Origin: Octopus vulgaris
Taxonomy: Eukaryota
NCBI GenBank assembly: GCA_951406725.2
Contig: OX597826.1
Coordinates: forward strand, 9,114,001-9,178,000
Direction of reading: 5' to 3'
DNA: 64,000 nucleotides
Positions 63,735 through 64,000 of this stretch are shown one piece after another; within the stretch, counting starts at the first letter, position 1; every line of letters starts with the position of its first letter. The position numbers and the translations under genes are program-made. The notes beneath the pieces were generated by a model. That model saw only the letters and a list, made by a program, of their open reading frames with translations, did no database searches and was not told the DNA's origin.

Positions 63735-64000
63735 TCAATATGTCCGGATATGGCCAATCAGGCTGATGTATGCTCGGAAGGTTCCATCACAGGTCAGGCA
63801 CTGGTGGTCTCCTGGGAATGAAGGCAAGAAGTTGGCTCTGGATTTGCACATCTCACATTTTCTTTGTGCCCCTGCAATCCCATCCTGTCTGTCGGAGGTG
63901 GCACCTCTTTGGTGAGGCCACATCAGGCAGAGCAGTCCTGTTCTTGTAGTTTGGAGAAAAATACCTTTGCCACACTACATGCTGTGCTGGGTTTTACTTG
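63735..64000 (-). mobile_element. RTE-clade LINE 3' end with C-terminal C2H2-like motif
   Basis: CLTCDGTFRAYISLIGHIRTY* resembles the RTE C-terminal CxxCxRxF..IGLxSHxRTH. Runs off the window end. Confidence 0.8.

Noticed and set aside
63735-63923. Host C2H2 zinc-finger gene
   Set aside because: A single terminal motif typical of RTE LINE ORF2, decayed.

Overview
AT-rich, repeat-saturated animal genomic DNA with no intact long gene. The SINE, mariner and Penelope repertoire and the dense (TA)n/(CA)n/(ATC)n microsatellites look like an octopus (coleoid cephalopod) genome; this is inferred from recognising repeat families, not from a search. Most ORFs in the supplied track are microsatellite or repeat artefacts. 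Supported elements: decayed Tc1/mariner transposons (DD34D, DD37D, Tc1-like), hAT-type and Merlin-like MITEs with 8-bp TSDs, a piggyBac-like relic, CR1 and RTE LINE fragments, a Penelope RT/GIY-YIG fragment, five hammerhead-ribozyme-like motifs, dozens of tRNA-derived SINEs and a tRNA-Ser pseudogene lacking its anticodon arm. The window probably lies in the 5' or intronic part of a large plus-strand gene, because two short candidate ATG exons both end in phase 2 (..AT|GT). The most unusual part is 49.5-55 kb: three related ~65-80 nt minus-strand hairpins spaced ~193 bp apart by unalignable AT-rich spacers (a pre-miRNA-cluster-like array), next to a 120-bp fold-back, and bracketed by back-to-back inverted mariner ends.
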